A stretch of 64,000 nucleotides of DNA from Candidatus Magasanikiibacteriota bacterium (GCA_003510435.1 DOMK01000010.1:41487-105486), one strand, 5' to 3'. Shown: positions 51,380 to 62,337, numbered from the stretch's first letter. Made by a program: numbers and translations. The notes: a model not told the origin generated them from the letters alone.

Positions 51380-51511
51380 GGAATCCCTTGTGTTAAAATA
51401 TAATTGTTGGTTTGAACATAAATTTGGACGGAAATTTAACAAAAATAAAACGAAAATTAAATTATTATAGTAAATAGAGATAAGATTGAGATAATTGGAG
51501 ATAAAAAACAA

Positions 51512-51548
51512 CAAATAAAAATCTGCCGAAGAGGCAGATTTTTATTTT
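51512..51548. terminator. Bidirectional terminator
   Basis: AAATAAAAATCTGCC-GAAGA-GGCAGATTTTTATTT. Confidence 0.8.
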
Positions 51549-51695
51549 CTGAATTATTATAATAATTTTATAATCATTCGGAATTTGGGCACTGAAACGC
51601 ACCCAGTGGCTTCCGGCCTTGGCCACTGGTTAAGGGTGGTTACAGCACGAACTAGAAGAAAGAGCGCGGGGATGGAACGGGGAGGAAGTAGCCAC

Positions 51696-52079
51696 CTAGC
51701 CGAGCAGGAGCTGCGTGAGCGCCTCGATCATGGGGATAGGCTTCTCCATGGAGTAGCCCTTCTCCCGATCCCACGAGTGGAACCGATCCTCGACGGAGTG
51801 GTCCGGGCCGTTCGAGCACGGCACGAACATCCCCATCCCCACATCCTCGACCTTGAAGCCGAAGGACACGAGGAAGTCCTGGACGAGACGTCCCGTCTCG
51901 TAGTCGCCCCGGAGGAAGGGGCAACCACCAGTGATGTAGCCGAACAGCCACGCGCGACTGTCGGCCTCGCCTACGACGTCGGTCGGGGTCTCGACCAGGC
52001 TCTTGGCCCGGCCGGTCGACGTCGGCCGAATGGCCAGCGTCCCATTGTTCATGCACACGGTGAAATCGCACGGCCTCAT
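51696..52079 (-). CDS. Orphan protein, GC-rich unit 4 (about 127 aa)
   Basis: ORF 51696..52133; ATG at 52079 is preceded by SD-like AGGTGA; high GC; promoter directly upstream. Confidence 0.6.
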   Translation of the reverse strand: MRPCDFTVCMNNGTLAIRPTSTGRAKSLVETPTDVVGEADSRAWLFGYITGGCPFLRGDYETGRLVQDFLVSFGFKVEDVGMGMFVPCSNGPDHSVEDRFHSWDREKGYSMEKPIPMIEALTQLLLG

Positions 52080-52136
52080 CTGATCACCTGATGTGGTTCG
52101 ACGTCCAGTATGGTCCCCGACCATCTGGAACAATAC

Positions 52137-52165
52137 TTTATACCATAAAAAAACCAGCCTGTCAA
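52137..52165 (-). promoter_or_regulatory. Sigma70 promoter for GC-rich unit 4
   Basis: TTGACA-17 nt-TATAAA with TG extension. Confidence 0.7.
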
Positions 52166-52195
52166 GAGGACGGTCTGTTTATTGGCTAAAATAAG

Positions 52196-53071
52196 CTAGA
52201 ATTTCATCTCTACTATTCTATCTAATCCAGCTAAATCTTTGTGAATAGTTGTTTTGGCTTGGGGAAGATATTTTTTTATAAGTTGTTTGATGGTTTTGGT
52301 TTGGCGAGGATCTATTTCAATAAAAAGGAGTAAGGAGTAAGGAGTAAGCCTGCCTGCGCAGGCAGGGAGTAATTGACGAATTTGTTTAAAAAGTTTTTCG
52401 TAGAGTTCGTGGCCGTTTTTGCCAGCAACGAGAGCTGATTTTGGTTCGTGCTGAATAGATGATTCAGATTTGAATTGTTGTGGTGTGAGGTAGGGGAGGT
52501 TGGCGGTGATAATGATTGATGAATAATGATTGATGAATGATGAATTAAGAATTGGTGAGAGAAGATCGCCGTGGAGGAATTTTATTTTTACGTTGTGTAA
52601 TTTTGCATTACGGCGAGCGACAGATAATGCTGGTTTGGAAATATCGATAGCGAATGATTTAAAGATTGAATGATTTAAAGATTGAATAATTGAAATTGGT
52701 ATACAACCAGTTCCAGTGCCAACGTCAATCATAATAATCTTCGAATCTTTCAATCTTTCAATTTCGTCGAGCACCAGCGAGACCATCAATTCCGTATCTG
52801 GTCTTGGTATGAGAGTATATTTATTTACAATAAAATCCAAACCATAAAATTCTTTATGACCAGTGAGATAGGCTAGAGGAATACCTTGAACGCGTTTTTT
52901 AATTAATTTATTAATTGTATTTTGTTGTGTGTATGTTGTATTTTGTTCGGGGTGGGCAAGTACAAACTCACGTGGTTTTTTTAACACGTGGGCAATAATT
53001 AATTCTGCATCTAAAATTGGCAGATTATTTTTTTGTGCTAATTGTAGAAGTTGTTGAATAGTTTGGAGCAT
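52196..53071 (-). CDS. prmC: Release factor glutamine methyltransferase, carrying several repeat-derived inserts
   Basis: PLAYLTG..EFYG, LIPRPDTE, DVGTGTG, NLPY, KDLAG.DR. Confidence 0.93.
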   Translation of the reverse strand: MLQTIQQLLQLAQKNNLPILDAELIIAHVLKKPREFVLAHPEQNTTYTQQNTINKLIKKRVQGIPLAYLTGHKEFYGLDFIVNKYTLIPRPDTELMVSLVLDEIERLKDSKIIMIDVGTGTGCIPISIIQSLNHSIFKSFAIDISKPALSVARRNAKLHNVKIKFLHGDLLSPILNSSFINHYSSIIITANLPYLTPQQFKSESSIQHEPKSALVAGKNGHELYEKLFKQIRQLLPACAGRLTPYSLLLFIEIDPRQTKTIKQLIKKYLPQAKTTIHKDLAGLDRIVEMKF

Positions 53072-54566
53072 GGAATTCAAATAAATATAAATCCACATAA
53101 CCATTGGCTCTCTGTTTATGTTCTAGAGTCCAGCCATGTTCAACAAAAATTTGGTGCATCCAATCAAAATTATCAGTATATTGGATATAAAAAATTTTGT
53201 CAGCGGTTTTTAAATATTGCTCTAGCCACTTGGTTAGTTCAGGTTTGTCAGTGATTTGTTGATTCCAGTTATAGCGGACAATTCTTTCTTCTAGACTAAA
53301 ATTATCTTCCCGTAAATATATACCAACAATTGGCCGTTGGCCATGATAATATTTTTGTAATGGTAAAACCTCGTTGAATGGTGTAATAATAGTAAAACTA
53401 TTTTTAGTTTCGTTTGTTTCTATATAATTGATTAATTTTGTCCAGGAAAAAATACCAGAATTTGACACGGTGTAAGCCCCAGGAGTAATTAATAATATTA
53501 TAAAGATGATAATGGCATAAAATATTTTTGTGTTTTTAACTGCTCGAGAAACACTATAACCAAGTATAATATACAAAGGAAGAGAAGATATTACATAAAA
53601 TTTGGTGACAAAGACTCCTATGATTGATCCGGAAAAAATAAGTAAAAAAGCCCAAAGCTGTAAAAAAATTAAAAGCCTTTTTTGTTTAAGATCTGTTTCG
53701 TTTTTGGTTTTTAAAATTGTAAAAACAATTGCGCCAATTAAAATTATTCCAAAAGTAGTAAAGACAAAAGGTGTTAAGTCTTCATTCATGAAAATACTTA
53801 CCAATAAGGTGAGAACATTGGCATAGGCCGTAGTGACTGGCCTAAAATACCAAGCACTAAGACTATTTTGGTTTAATTTTGAGAGTAGAGAGGGGACAAA
53901 CCAAATTAACCAGCTGGCACCAATTAAAACATGACCAAAAAACCAATATCTAAATTCTTTTTTTTCTACATTTAATAAAAATAATGATAAAAATTGCGTT
54001 ACAAAGATGGACAGAGCGGTGAGATGAGAATAGATTAGGAGTAAATTTATAAAAAAGTAAATTAACCAAACACTAAGTTTATTTTTTCCATTAAAAAAGA
54101 TTTGATAAAATAAGAAATAAGATAGAAGCGTTAAGAAAATCATTAAACTATAGACCCTAGCTTCACTGTTTATAAAAATGTGCACTCCAGAGAGAGTAAG
54201 AGTCAAACTACTTATAATGGCAGCTTTTTTATTAATTATTTTATAAGTAAAGTAATACAAGAGGACGATTGTGGCAAGACCTAAAATAGTAGACGGTAAT
54301 CTAATTAAAAGTTCATTATTAATTCCCACGATTGATGTCCAACCGCGTAAAAATAAAGTATAGAGTGGTGGATTGGTTTCTAGGGTCCAGTATTTTATGG
54401 CATCAGCCCAGGGTAAATTGGCAAAGTGGACACTAAACATTTCATCAAACCAAAAAGTGTCTCTAAGTAGTAAAAGATGAAGACGAAGAAATGAGGCAAA
54501 AATAAAAATTAGGTATAGAGGTAACCACTCTTTTAAATGAGTAATAATTTTATTCTGCTTCAGCAT
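53025..54566 (-). CDS. GT-C fold glycosyltransferase (family 39/ArnT-like)
   Basis: FWFDE, NPPLY, R..S, S.EAR.Y; many TMs. Confidence 0.85.
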   Translation of the reverse strand: MLKQNKIITHLKEWLPLYLIFIFASFLRLHLLLLRDTFWFDEMFSVHFANLPWADAIKYWTLETNPPLYTLFLRGWTSIVGINNELLIRLPSTILGLATIVLLYYFTYKIINKKAAIISSLTLTLSGVHIFINSEARVYSLMIFLTLLSYFLFYQIFFNGKNKLSVWLIYFFINLLLIYSHLTALSIFVTQFLSLFLLNVEKKEFRYWFFGHVLIGASWLIWFVPSLLSKLNQNSLSAWYFRPVTTAYANVLTLLVSIFMNEDLTPFVFTTFGIILIGAIVFTILKTKNETDLKQKRLLIFLQLWAFLLIFSGSIIGVFVTKFYVISSLPLYIILGYSVSRAVKNTKIFYAIIIFIILLITPGAYTVSNSGIFSWTKLINYIETNETKNSFTIITPFNEVLPLQKYYHGQRPIVGIYLREDNFSLEERIVRYNWNQQITDKPELTKWLEQYLKTADKIFYIQYTDNFDWMHQIFVEHGWTLEHKQRANGYVDLYLFEFHAPNYSTTSTISTKK

Positions 54567-55605
54567 AATCTGCTTTTCTTAGAGCTTCAATTACATTTTC
54601 CAAATTGCCGTTTAAAATCGTATTGATATTATTCCAACTTTCATGAATGCGGTGGTCAGTAATTCTGTCTTGAGGAAAGTTGTATGTGCGGATTTTTTCA
54701 CTGCGATCAGCCGTACCAATTTGTTTTTTTCTTTTGGCATCAAGTGCGGCGGTTTGTTTGGCTCTTTCAATTTCATAAATTCTGGCTCTAAGAACATTCA
54801 TAGCTTTTTCTCGGTTTTGAATTTGGGATCTTTCATCTTGGGATTGAGCCACTACCCCAGTCGGGATATGAGTAATTCTCACCGCGCTATAAGTAGTGTT
54901 TACACTCTGGCCACCATGTCCGCCAGCACAAAAAGTATCAATTCTAAGATCATTGGCATTGATTTCCAATTCAGTCTCTTCAATTTCTGGTAAGACAGCT
55001 ACACTGGCAGTAGAAGTATGAATGCGACCAGATTTTTCTGTTTCGGGAATTCTCTGTACACGGTGCACGCCCATTTCATATTTCATATCTTTGTACACAT
55101 TTTTTCCGGTAATAGAAAAGATTACTTCTTTGTAGCCACCAATGCCAATTTTATTTTCATCAATTAGCGTGGTTTTCCATTTGTGGGTTTCGGCATACTT
55201 CATATACATGCGCATGAGATCACCAGCAAACAGAGCTGATTCATCACCACCAGCTCCAGCCCGGATTTCCACAATTACATCTTTACCATCGAGTGGGTCG
55301 GTTGGTAATGTTAAAACATTTAATTCGTTTTCTAATTCATTTTTTTTATCGCGCAGTTCTAATAATTCAATTTCTGCTAGTTCTTTGAATTCGCCATCAG
55401 CTTCGTTTGTAATAATAATTTCATTGTCTGTAATATTTTTTTCAATACTTTCTAGAATAATAATTTTTTCAGCCGTGGGTTTGAGATCGTCATATTCCTG
55501 AGCCGCGGCTTTTAATTTATTTTGGTCAGCAATAATTACTGGATTTTGTAGGTCCAATTCTAATTTGGAATATTTATTTTTAATATCTATATATTTTTGA
55601 AGCAT
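54550..55605 (-). CDS. prfA: Peptide chain release factor 1
   Basis: GGQ, PET anticodon motif, RTYNFPQ. Confidence 0.97.
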   Translation of the reverse strand: MLQKYIDIKNKYSKLELDLQNPVIIADQNKLKAAAQEYDDLKPTAEKIIILESIEKNITDNEIIITNEADGEFKELAEIELLELRDKKNELENELNVLTLPTDPLDGKDVIVEIRAGAGGDESALFAGDLMRMYMKYAETHKWKTTLIDENKIGIGGYKEVIFSITGKNVYKDMKYEMGVHRVQRIPETEKSGRIHTSTASVAVLPEIEETELEINANDLRIDTFCAGGHGGQSVNTTYSAVRITHIPTGVVAQSQDERSQIQNREKAMNVLRARIYEIERAKQTAALDAKRKKQIGTADRSEKIRTYNFPQDRITDHRIHESWNNINTILNGNLENVIEALRKADYAEAE

Positions 55606-55748
55606 AATTTTTCACGTATCATGAGACACATATCACGTAACAATTATTATACCACGTTTTTTGATATGTGGTATGTGATGTGTGTGGGTTAATTTATTTA
55701 AAATAAAAGACAGACTATAATCAAGTCTGCCTTTGAAATTGTGGACAG

Positions 55749-56030
55749 CTATTTTGCTTCTTCCTTGGCTTTTTTAGCTTTGGATTCTTTTTTAGCTTTT
55801 TTTCCTTTGCGGACAGCAGCCGTAGCGCTGACTTTTTCCATTTTCTTTTTAAATTTGTCTACTCGACCAGCCGTGTCAATAAATTTGGCCTTGCCAGTAT
55901 AAAAAGGATGGCAATTGCTACAAAGCTCTACCCGGATTTCGTTGTCAGTAGAACCAACTTGAAAAGTGTTACCACAAGCACAGCTTACAGTAGCAGTTTC
56001 ATTGTATTTTGGATGAATACTTTTTTTCAT
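55749..56030 (-). CDS. rpmE: 50S ribosomal protein L31 (zinc type)
   Basis: [26 protein letters not shown]. Confidence 0.97.
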   Translation of the reverse strand: MKKSIHPKYNETATVSCACGNTFQVGSTDNEIRVELCSNCHPFYTGKAKFIDTAGRVDKFKKKMEKVSATAAVRKGKKAKKESKAKKAKEEAK

Positions 56031-56145
56031 ATGATTTTTAGTTTAAGTGGGATGATTATAGCATGGTGGTGGATTTGTGTCAACCCCCTTGATTTATTTT
56101 CTGGTTTATAGTATAATCTTCTTATCTTAAATATAACCTTATACT

Positions 56146-56364
56146 ATGTTAAGTAAAATTTTGGACATTGCTCAGGTAGTTTTAGCCATTTTATTGATTA
56201 TTGCTATCCTTTTACAACAGCGTGGTTCTGGCTTAGGATCAGCTTTTGGTGGTTCTTCCAATGTTTATAGTACTAAACGGGGCGTGGATAAAATCCTATT
56301 TAATGCAACCATTGTAATCTTGGTTGTCTTTTTCCTTGTCTCTTTGGCCAATTTATTGGTATAA
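56146..56364 (+). CDS. secG: Preprotein translocase subunit SecG
   Basis: ILLQ.RGSGLGSAFGG, two TMs. Confidence 0.93.
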   Translation: MLSKILDIAQVVLAILLIIAILLQQRGSGLGSAFGGSSNVYSTKRGVDKILFNATIVILVVFFLVSLANLLV

Positions 56365-56429
56365 TAGCCAATAGTCTATTCTTCTATTACTTATTTCAGG
56401 CTTCTCTAAGAGAGTAGGGATTTTCTTCT

Positions 56430-58445
56430 ATGTTAAGTTTTGTAAAAAAAATTAGTAAATTTATTCAACGTCTGCGAATAAAACAAGTTGATTCTTTTGT
56501 TAGTAAAAAGCATGATTTGAAATTGATGCGTCGGGTCCATCAGAAAAAACTCCCTCATGTTAAGCAATTGTTTCATGTGGGTCATGTTTTATCTTCAAGA
56601 GAACGGCGGATTTTTAGACTTAGTTTTTTGGTTTTATTTATTGGACTGATTTGGTATGGAGTAGAATTTGTAGCCAATAATCGCATACCAGTGCCAGCTA
56701 GGGGTGGTAAATATGTAGAAGCCGTCGTGGGTTCACCCCAATTGATCAATCCAGTGTTTGCTAGTTCCAATGATGTAGATATGGATATTACTCGTTTGGT
56801 GTTTTCTGGTTTGCTTCGCTACAATGAAAAAAATGGTTTGATAAAAGACTTGGCGGCTAGTTATGAAGTAAGTGTTGATAAAAAAGTTTATACATTTGAA
56901 CTTAGAAAAGATGTAATATGGCATGATGGCGAACCATTGACCGCGCGTGATATTTTATTTACTTTTGATACAATCCAAAACATTTTGGTTGGCAGTCCTT
57001 TGGCTGTTAGTTTTCAAGGAGTAAAAGTTTCGGCCTTGGATGATTATACAGTGCGATTTGAATTAGCCGAGCCATTTGCGCCGTTTTTATCCAGCTTGAC
57101 TGTGGGAATTTTGCCAGAGCATGTTTGGTACAATGTGGCTCCCGAACAAATGCGTTTGGCCCAAATGAATATTGAACCGGTTGGCTCTGGACCTTTCCAA
57201 TTCAAAAGATTATCAAAAGATGGCACTGGACATATTTTTACTTATGAATTAAGCCGGTTTGAAAAATTTTATAGTGAAGTAGCTTTTTTGCAAGATTTTG
57301 TTTTTCAATTTTATCCTGAATATGAAAATGATACTGGGGCAGTGCAAGCTCTAAGAGCGCAAAAAGTGACTGGTCTAAATTTTGTGCCAAAAAATTTGCG
57401 CGACCGAGTGGACAGAAAGCATATTGTTTTACATACTATGCAATTGCCACAATATTCGGCTTTATTTTTTAATCAAAGTCGGAATGAAATTTTGAAAAAT
57501 GCAGAAGTGCGCGAAGCTCTAACTTATGCCATTGATAAAGATAGAGTATTGCGTGAAGCTGTGAAAGGCGAGGGAAAAGTTATAAACAGTCCGGTTTTAC
57601 CTGGTTTTCCTGGTTATAATGTTGATTTGGAAAAAATACAATTTTCTCTTGATAAAGCCAATGAAGTGTTGGATAAAAATTGGCCAAGAATCTCGGGTGA
57701 TGAATATAAAAAATTAAGAAGAGAAAATCTAATAAAAGAATGGGAAACAGGTAATCCAGAACTTGCTAAAGTCACCAGTACCCCAGCCAATACCGCAACT
57801 GGCACAGAAAATAATTTGGCAAATTCTACTTCTACCCCCAGATCATTGGCAGAAGTCGAGATTGATAAAAAATTAGATGAAGAATTTAATAATGCCCAAA
57901 CTTTTTATCGCAAAGACAAGAGTGGAAAAATTTTAGTTTTGGATTTGGTGACATCGGATAATGAAGAGAGCAAATGGGCCGCTGAATTGGTTGCTGGTTT
58001 TTGGCAAGAGATTGGGGTAAAAACAAATTTAAAATTTGTTGCACCTCGAGATATTTTACGTGATGTTCTCAAGAATCATGAATACGATGTATTGCTTTAT
58101 GGTGTAATTATCGGTAATGACCCAGACCAGTATGCTTTTTGGCATTCTAGCCAAATTGATTATCCAGGTTTGAATTTGTCTCGCTATGTAAATAGAAATG
58201 CCGATGCTCTACTTACCAAAATTAGAGAAACAACTGATGAGACTCAACTAGCTGATTTGTACAAAAAAATGCAAGAAACGATTTTGGCTGATCGACCAGC
58301 TATCTTCCTTTATATCCCAACTTATACTTATGCCACCACTGACCAAATAAAAGGGGTTGACGTGACTAATATTTCTCATCCTTCGGATCGATTGAATGAT
58401 GTGAATACTTGGTACATGAAAACAAAAGGGGAATGGAAATGGTAG
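56430..58445 (+). CDS. ABC transporter substrate-binding protein, family 5 (peptide/nickel)
   Basis: GG.Y.E..VG.P..INP, WHDG.P.TA.D..FT, PVGSGPF, VREAL..AID. Confidence 0.92.
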   Translation: MLSFVKKISKFIQRLRIKQVDSFVSKKHDLKLMRRVHQKKLPHVKQLFHVGHVLSSRERRIFRLSFLVLFIGLIWYGVEFVANNRIPVPARGGKYVEAVVGSPQLINPVFASSNDVDMDITRLVFSGLLRYNEKNGLIKDLAASYEVSVDKKVYTFELRKDVIWHDGEPLTARDILFTFDTIQNILVGSPLAVSFQGVKVSALDDYTVRFELAEPFAPFLSSLTVGILPEHVWYNVAPEQMRLAQMNIEPVGSGPFQFKRLSKDGTGHIFTYELSRFEKFYSEVAFLQDFVFQFYPEYENDTGAVQALRAQKVTGLNFVPKNLRDRVDRKHIVLHTMQLPQYSALFFNQSRNEILKNAEVREALTYAIDKDRVLREAVKGEGKVINSPVLPGFPGYNVDLEKIQFSLDKANEVLDKNWPRISGDEYKKLRRENLIKEWETGNPELAKVTSTPANTATGTENNLANSTSTPRSLAEVEIDKKLDEEFNNAQTFYRKDKSGKILVLDLVTSDNEESKWAAELVAGFWQEIGVKTNLKFVAPRDILRDVLKNHEYDVLLYGVIIGNDPDQYAFWHSSQIDYPGLNLSRYVNRNADALLTKIRETTDETQLADLYKKMQETILADRPAIFLYIPTYTYATTDQIKGVDVTNISHPSDRLNDVNTWYMKTKGEWKW

Positions 58446-58556
58446 ACAACAAACACAAAAACAGCACAACAGAACAACACTTGGACAACCATCGTTTTTG
58501 TTTTTATTATTTTAAGTTTAAAAGATGTGTTGTGCTGTTGTTCTGTTAGAGTGTTT
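58445..58556. repeat. Inverted ACAACAGA/TGTTGT octamer repeat
   Basis: The same unit occurs in-frame in DUF3048 at 50942-50973. Confidence 0.6.
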
Positions 58557-58565
58557 ATAGTAAAC

Positions 58566-58649
58566 GCCCAGATGGCGAAATTGGCAGACGCACTAGCTTC
58601 AGGTGCTAGCGGGAGCAATCTCATGAGGGTTCAAGTCCCTCTCTGGGCA
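58566..58649 (+). tRNA. tRNA-Leu(CAG), CCA not encoded
   Basis: Acceptor GCCCAGA/TCTGGGC, anticodon arm CTAGC-TTCAGGT-GCTAG, long variable arm, T arm GAGGG-TTCAAGT-CCCTC. Confidence 0.96.
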
Positions 58650-58741
58650 CAAATTTATTCTTCATTTTAAACTTTAACTTTTGATCAAACCCAGCTTCAT
58701 TATAGGCATTTGATCATCGGAGAATTTACAATTTTAATTTT

Positions 58742-60577
58742 ATGGAAGCAACAGTAAAAAGTAATAACAACCGTAGGCGACGGAGTTATCACACAAAAAG
58801 ATCATCTTCGCCTGTCGGCAGAAACAGCGGACGTGTTTTTGCGGCTCAGCCAGTTAACAAAAATCAGTCTGATAAAACGGAAACTAAGAGTTATCCTTTT
58901 AATCCCAATGGCAATGAAAAATTGCGTATTATTCCCTTGGGTGGACAAGAAGAAGTTGGGCGCAATATGACTGTGTTTGAATATGCGGGCGATATTGTCA
59001 TTCTTGACATGGGGATTCAATTTCCTGAAGAAGACATGCCTGGGATTGATTATATTATTCCCAATACCAAATATTTAATTGGTAAAGAAAAAAATATCAA
59101 AGGCGTAATTTTTAGTCATGGTCACCTTGATCACATTGGTGCCGCGCCAATCTTACTAGAAAAATTGGGCAACCCAGTGATTGCGGGACGAGATCTGACT
59201 TTGGCCATGATCAAACACAAAATGGAAGATTATAAAAAAGGTTCAGCTAGCACTTTGAAAATTGTGCAAATAAAAGGTATTCATGATGTGATCAGAATGG
59301 GCCGATTTACGATTAAGTTTTTTCAAGTGGAACACTCAATCATGGATGCCGTGGGCGTGATTATTGAAACGCCATCGGGAACAGTTGTCCACCCGGGTGA
59401 TTGGGCTTTGGAAAGAGACAAATCTGGTCGACCAACTTTGGATTATTCTCATTTGCAAAATTTGAAAAAGCCGACTGTCCTTATGCTCGAAAGTTTGGGT
59501 TCAATTCATTTTCAACGCAGTGGTAATTATGAAGACATGCACAATAATTTGTTTAATATTTTGCAAGGTGCTGCCGGTCGGGTAATTATTGGCACTTTTT
59601 CTTCACAAATTGAAAGAATAAAGTGGATTTTGGAAGCAGCGGACAAGCTTGGCAAAAAAGTCGCTCTTGACGGCTATAGCATGAAAATGAATATTGATTT
59701 GGCAAAAGAATTGGGTTATATCAAAGTTAAAAAAGGTTTGTTAATTGAATCGAGAAAGATTGATAATTACCCTGATAATGAAATCGTGGTTATTTGTACA
59801 GGAGCGCAAGGAGAAGAGAATGCCGTTCTCACGAGAATTGTTAATCGTGAACATCGGTCAATAAAACTAAAAAAACAAGACACAGTAATTTTTTCTTCCT
59901 CAATTATCCCGGGCAATGAACGATCAATTCAACGTTTAAAAGACAATATGTATCGCCAATGTGATAATGTGATTCATGGTGAACTAATGGATGTACACGT
60001 GTCTGGCCATGCGACGAGAGACGACATTGTTGAAATGATTCGCATGATTCGGCCGACATATTTTATGCCAGTGTATGGCAATCATTATTTCCTCAAAGAA
60101 GCGGAAAAATTAGTGATTCAAAATGGTTTTGATAAAAATAAAATTTTTGTGGCAGACAATGGCAGTGTGATAGAGATTAATATCAAAGAAGGAAAGATAT
60201 TAGAAAAAAAAGTACCAAGTGATTATGTGTTTGTGGATGGTCTGGGGATTTCTGATAGCCAACATATAGTCTTGCGTGATCGCCAAGTTTTGGCCGAGGA
60301 TGGTATGGTGGTCGTGATTGTGACAGTAGATTCTCACACGGGAAAATTAATTCAAAATCCAGATATTATTTCTCGCGGGTTTGTATTTTTGAAAGATAAT
60401 AAGGAATTGATAGAAGATCTACGTCACAAAGTACGTAAGTGGGTGACAGATTCCAATCCATTATCTTGGGTTGATTCTAATGAAATTAGAAATACAGTGC
60501 GAGATAAGGTGGGGCAGTTTTTGTTTACGAAGACGGAGAAGAGACCGATGGTGTTGCCAGTGGTGATTGAAGTGTAG
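58742..60577 (+). CDS. rnj: Ribonuclease J
   Basis: PLGG..EVGRN, HGHLDHIG, TGAQGE, HVSGH, RPM.LPV. Confidence 0.96.
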   Translation: MEATVKSNNNRRRRSYHTKRSSSPVGRNSGRVFAAQPVNKNQSDKTETKSYPFNPNGNEKLRIIPLGGQEEVGRNMTVFEYAGDIVILDMGIQFPEEDMPGIDYIIPNTKYLIGKEKNIKGVIFSHGHLDHIGAAPILLEKLGNPVIAGRDLTLAMIKHKMEDYKKGSASTLKIVQIKGIHDVIRMGRFTIKFFQVEHSIMDAVGVIIETPSGTVVHPGDWALERDKSGRPTLDYSHLQNLKKPTVLMLESLGSIHFQRSGNYEDMHNNLFNILQGAAGRVIIGTFSSQIERIKWILEAADKLGKKVALDGYSMKMNIDLAKELGYIKVKKGLLIESRKIDNYPDNEIVVICTGAQGEENAVLTRIVNREHRSIKLKKQDTVIFSSSIIPGNERSIQRLKDNMYRQCDNVIHGELMDVHVSGHATRDDIVEMIRMIRPTYFMPVYGNHYFLKEAEKLVIQNGFDKNKIFVADNGSVIEINIKEGKILEKKVPSDYVFVDGLGISDSQHIVLRDRQVLAEDGMVVVIVTVDSHTGKLIQNPDIISRGFVFLKDNKELIEDLRHKVRKWVTDSNPLSWVDSNEIRNTVRDKVGQFLFTKTEKRPMVLPVVIEV

Positions 60578-60677
60578 TTAGGTTTTAGGTGATAGATTTT
60601 AGGTTAAAAAAAAGAAGAGACACTCTTGTTATAGGTGCCTCTTTTGTTTTATACAAGCAGTATCAAACCAATAAAGG

Positions 60678-61682
60678 TTATGGCAAGTTCATTGGGATTG
60701 TGTCCCCATATTTAGGAGAAGCTTTGTTTAATAATTTTTGAAAATCATTCCAAGAACTGCATGCTTTCATTAGAAAAATTATATTATCAAGATGTTTTTT
60801 TAATTCTGGACTACCAAATTTAGGTGTTAGATACTGGTGATGTTTTCTTGCCCTTCGGCCTGATGGTAACACAATATTTATTTCTTTAAGTTTTTTAAGT
60901 ACGCCAGGTGCTAGACGTCTATATACTATATCATTTGTCCAATGCCCTATGTAACTAGGTTTATTCTTTGTGGCAAGTGGATAAGTCATTCCTTTTAATC
61001 TAAATAAATGTTTATAGAAATCGTCAGGAAAAGTTTTTGTCCATTTAGCCCACTCATCAGTGATATACTTTTCTAAGATTGCTTGTAAAGCTTCACGATC
61101 GCGTATATCTTGATAGCCTGTTGCTTCGTCTACCAATGCAATAATACCTACTCGAGCAAAACCGCGAACCAAAATTTCTGCTTTTTTTGCAATTTCTAAA
61201 TCTTTTTCATTATTTAAAACTTTAGCTTCGCGTGCCTTTAACCAAACGTCACAGATTTCTGGCAACAGTGTTGCTGGTACTCCATATGCTGTACGTCCAC
61301 CGTGAAGCGGTTTAAATTCAATTGGAGAAAAACCTTCTGTAGACATTTTTGATGGAATATAAGGTTTTAATGTTTTTTTAGATAAAAAAGGTGGTAAATT
61401 AGAGGTACTGTCGGAATTCCATTTTTGACTCTTTCCAAGAGCTTTGCTAACCCCACGATATGATAACACACGAGTTCCGTCTTCAAGTACTGAAGCTTCA
61501 ATAGTTAATTCACCAATATTTATTGAACCATCATGTGTGGCACGAAGAATTTTTTTCCATCGCACATTAGCTGCATCTTGTGCAATTTGTTTTCTTTTTT
61601 GTGGAGTTAATATTTGTGCTCTAGCATAACCACCCTGTGCTTTGTTTTCGTCGTATTCTTGTTTTTTTTCCTTTGTACTCAT
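60678..61682 (-). CDS. P63C domain protein (phage-associated family)
   Basis: GG.ARA..L....R..IA..AA..RW, VLEDGTRV, ALVDEATGYQ, W.KTFP..FY..LFRL. Confidence 0.85.
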   Translation of the reverse strand: MSTKEKKQEYDENKAQGGYARAQILTPQKRKQIAQDAANVRWKKILRATHDGSINIGELTIEASVLEDGTRVLSYRGVSKALGKSQKWNSDSTSNLPPFLSKKTLKPYIPSKMSTEGFSPIEFKPLHGGRTAYGVPATLLPEICDVWLKAREAKVLNNEKDLEIAKKAEILVRGFARVGIIALVDEATGYQDIRDREALQAILEKYITDEWAKWTKTFPDDFYKHLFRLKGMTYPLATKNKPSYIGHWTNDIVYRRLAPGVLKKLKEINIVLPSGRRARKHHQYLTPKFGSPELKKHLDNIIFLMKACSSWNDFQKLLNKASPKYGDTIPMNLP

Positions 61683-61783
61683 ATTATTATAATTTAAACA
61701 TTATGCTTGCATAATATCATGCAAGCATGTTATTTGTCAAGTTTTTTTGGCTATATTTTTTTAAACTTATCCACACCCACTAT

Positions 61784-61823
61784 TTGACACTTTATCCAAC
61801 ATAGTGTACTATTGTACTAGTAC
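61784..61823 (+). promoter_or_regulatory. trp promoter with overlapping TrpR operator
   Basis: TTGACA-17 nt-TACTAT; GTACTATTGTACTAGTAC (61806-61823) matches the consensus trp operator GTACTAGTTAACTAGTAC at 15/18. Confidence 0.8.
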
Positions 61824-61826
61824 AAT

Positions 61827-62111
61827 ATGAATAAATTAGACACTTACAAAAAAGAACTAGTCAAAGTTCTAGCTAGTATAAAGGACGAGGCGACCATGAA
61901 TGATTTTTTGGTTGATTTATTGACTGGGGCGGAGATAGAGGAATTACCAAAACGGTTGCAAATTATAAAACAACTAGACAAAGGTGTGTCACAAAGAGAA
62001 GTGGCGAAGAATCTGGGAGTAGGGATTGCGACCGTCACTCGTGGCGCCAAAGAATTAAAAAATAAAAAAGGGGGATTCAGAAAGGTTCTAGATATAATGT
62101 TTGGAAGATAA
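61827..62111 (+). CDS. trpR: Trp repressor
   Basis: LLT..E...L..R, SQREVA..LGVGIATVTRG HTH; upstream of trpE. Confidence 0.9.
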   Translation: MNKLDTYKKELVKVLASIKDEATMNDFLVDLLTGAEIEELPKRLQIIKQLDKGVSQREVAKNLGVGIATVTRGAKELKNKKGGFRKVLDIMFGR

Positions 62112-62154
62112 CGTTTTTATCATTATAAAAGATAAAAATAATATAAATTGTTTA

Positions 62155-62275
62155 AAAATTACAAATTAAAAAATCCAAATTACAAATAAATTACAAAAAA
62201 CAAAACAAAAAAATAAAATTGTAATTTGGAATTTGAGTTTTGTTTGTCATTTGGTATTTAGATTTTGGAATTTTA
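62155..62275. repeat. Inverted low-complexity repeat (AATTACA/TGTAATT)
   Basis: Tandem units on both arms. Confidence 0.6.
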
Positions 62276-62280
62276 ATTCT

Positions 62281-62337
62281 ATGTTATTAAATAAAACAAT
62301 TTTAAAAAATCGTTGGTGGCACTACTCCTGGCGTTGA
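62281..62337 (+). CDS. trpL: Trp operon leader peptide MLLNKTILKNRWWHYSWR
   Basis: 18-aa ORF with WW and W codons, directly before the attenuator hairpins and trpE. Confidence 0.85.
   Translation: MLLNKTILKNRWWHYSWR

Noticed and set aside
58566-58741. tRNA-Leu as an integration site
   Set aside because: No duplicated tRNA 3' end or integrase seen in the window.
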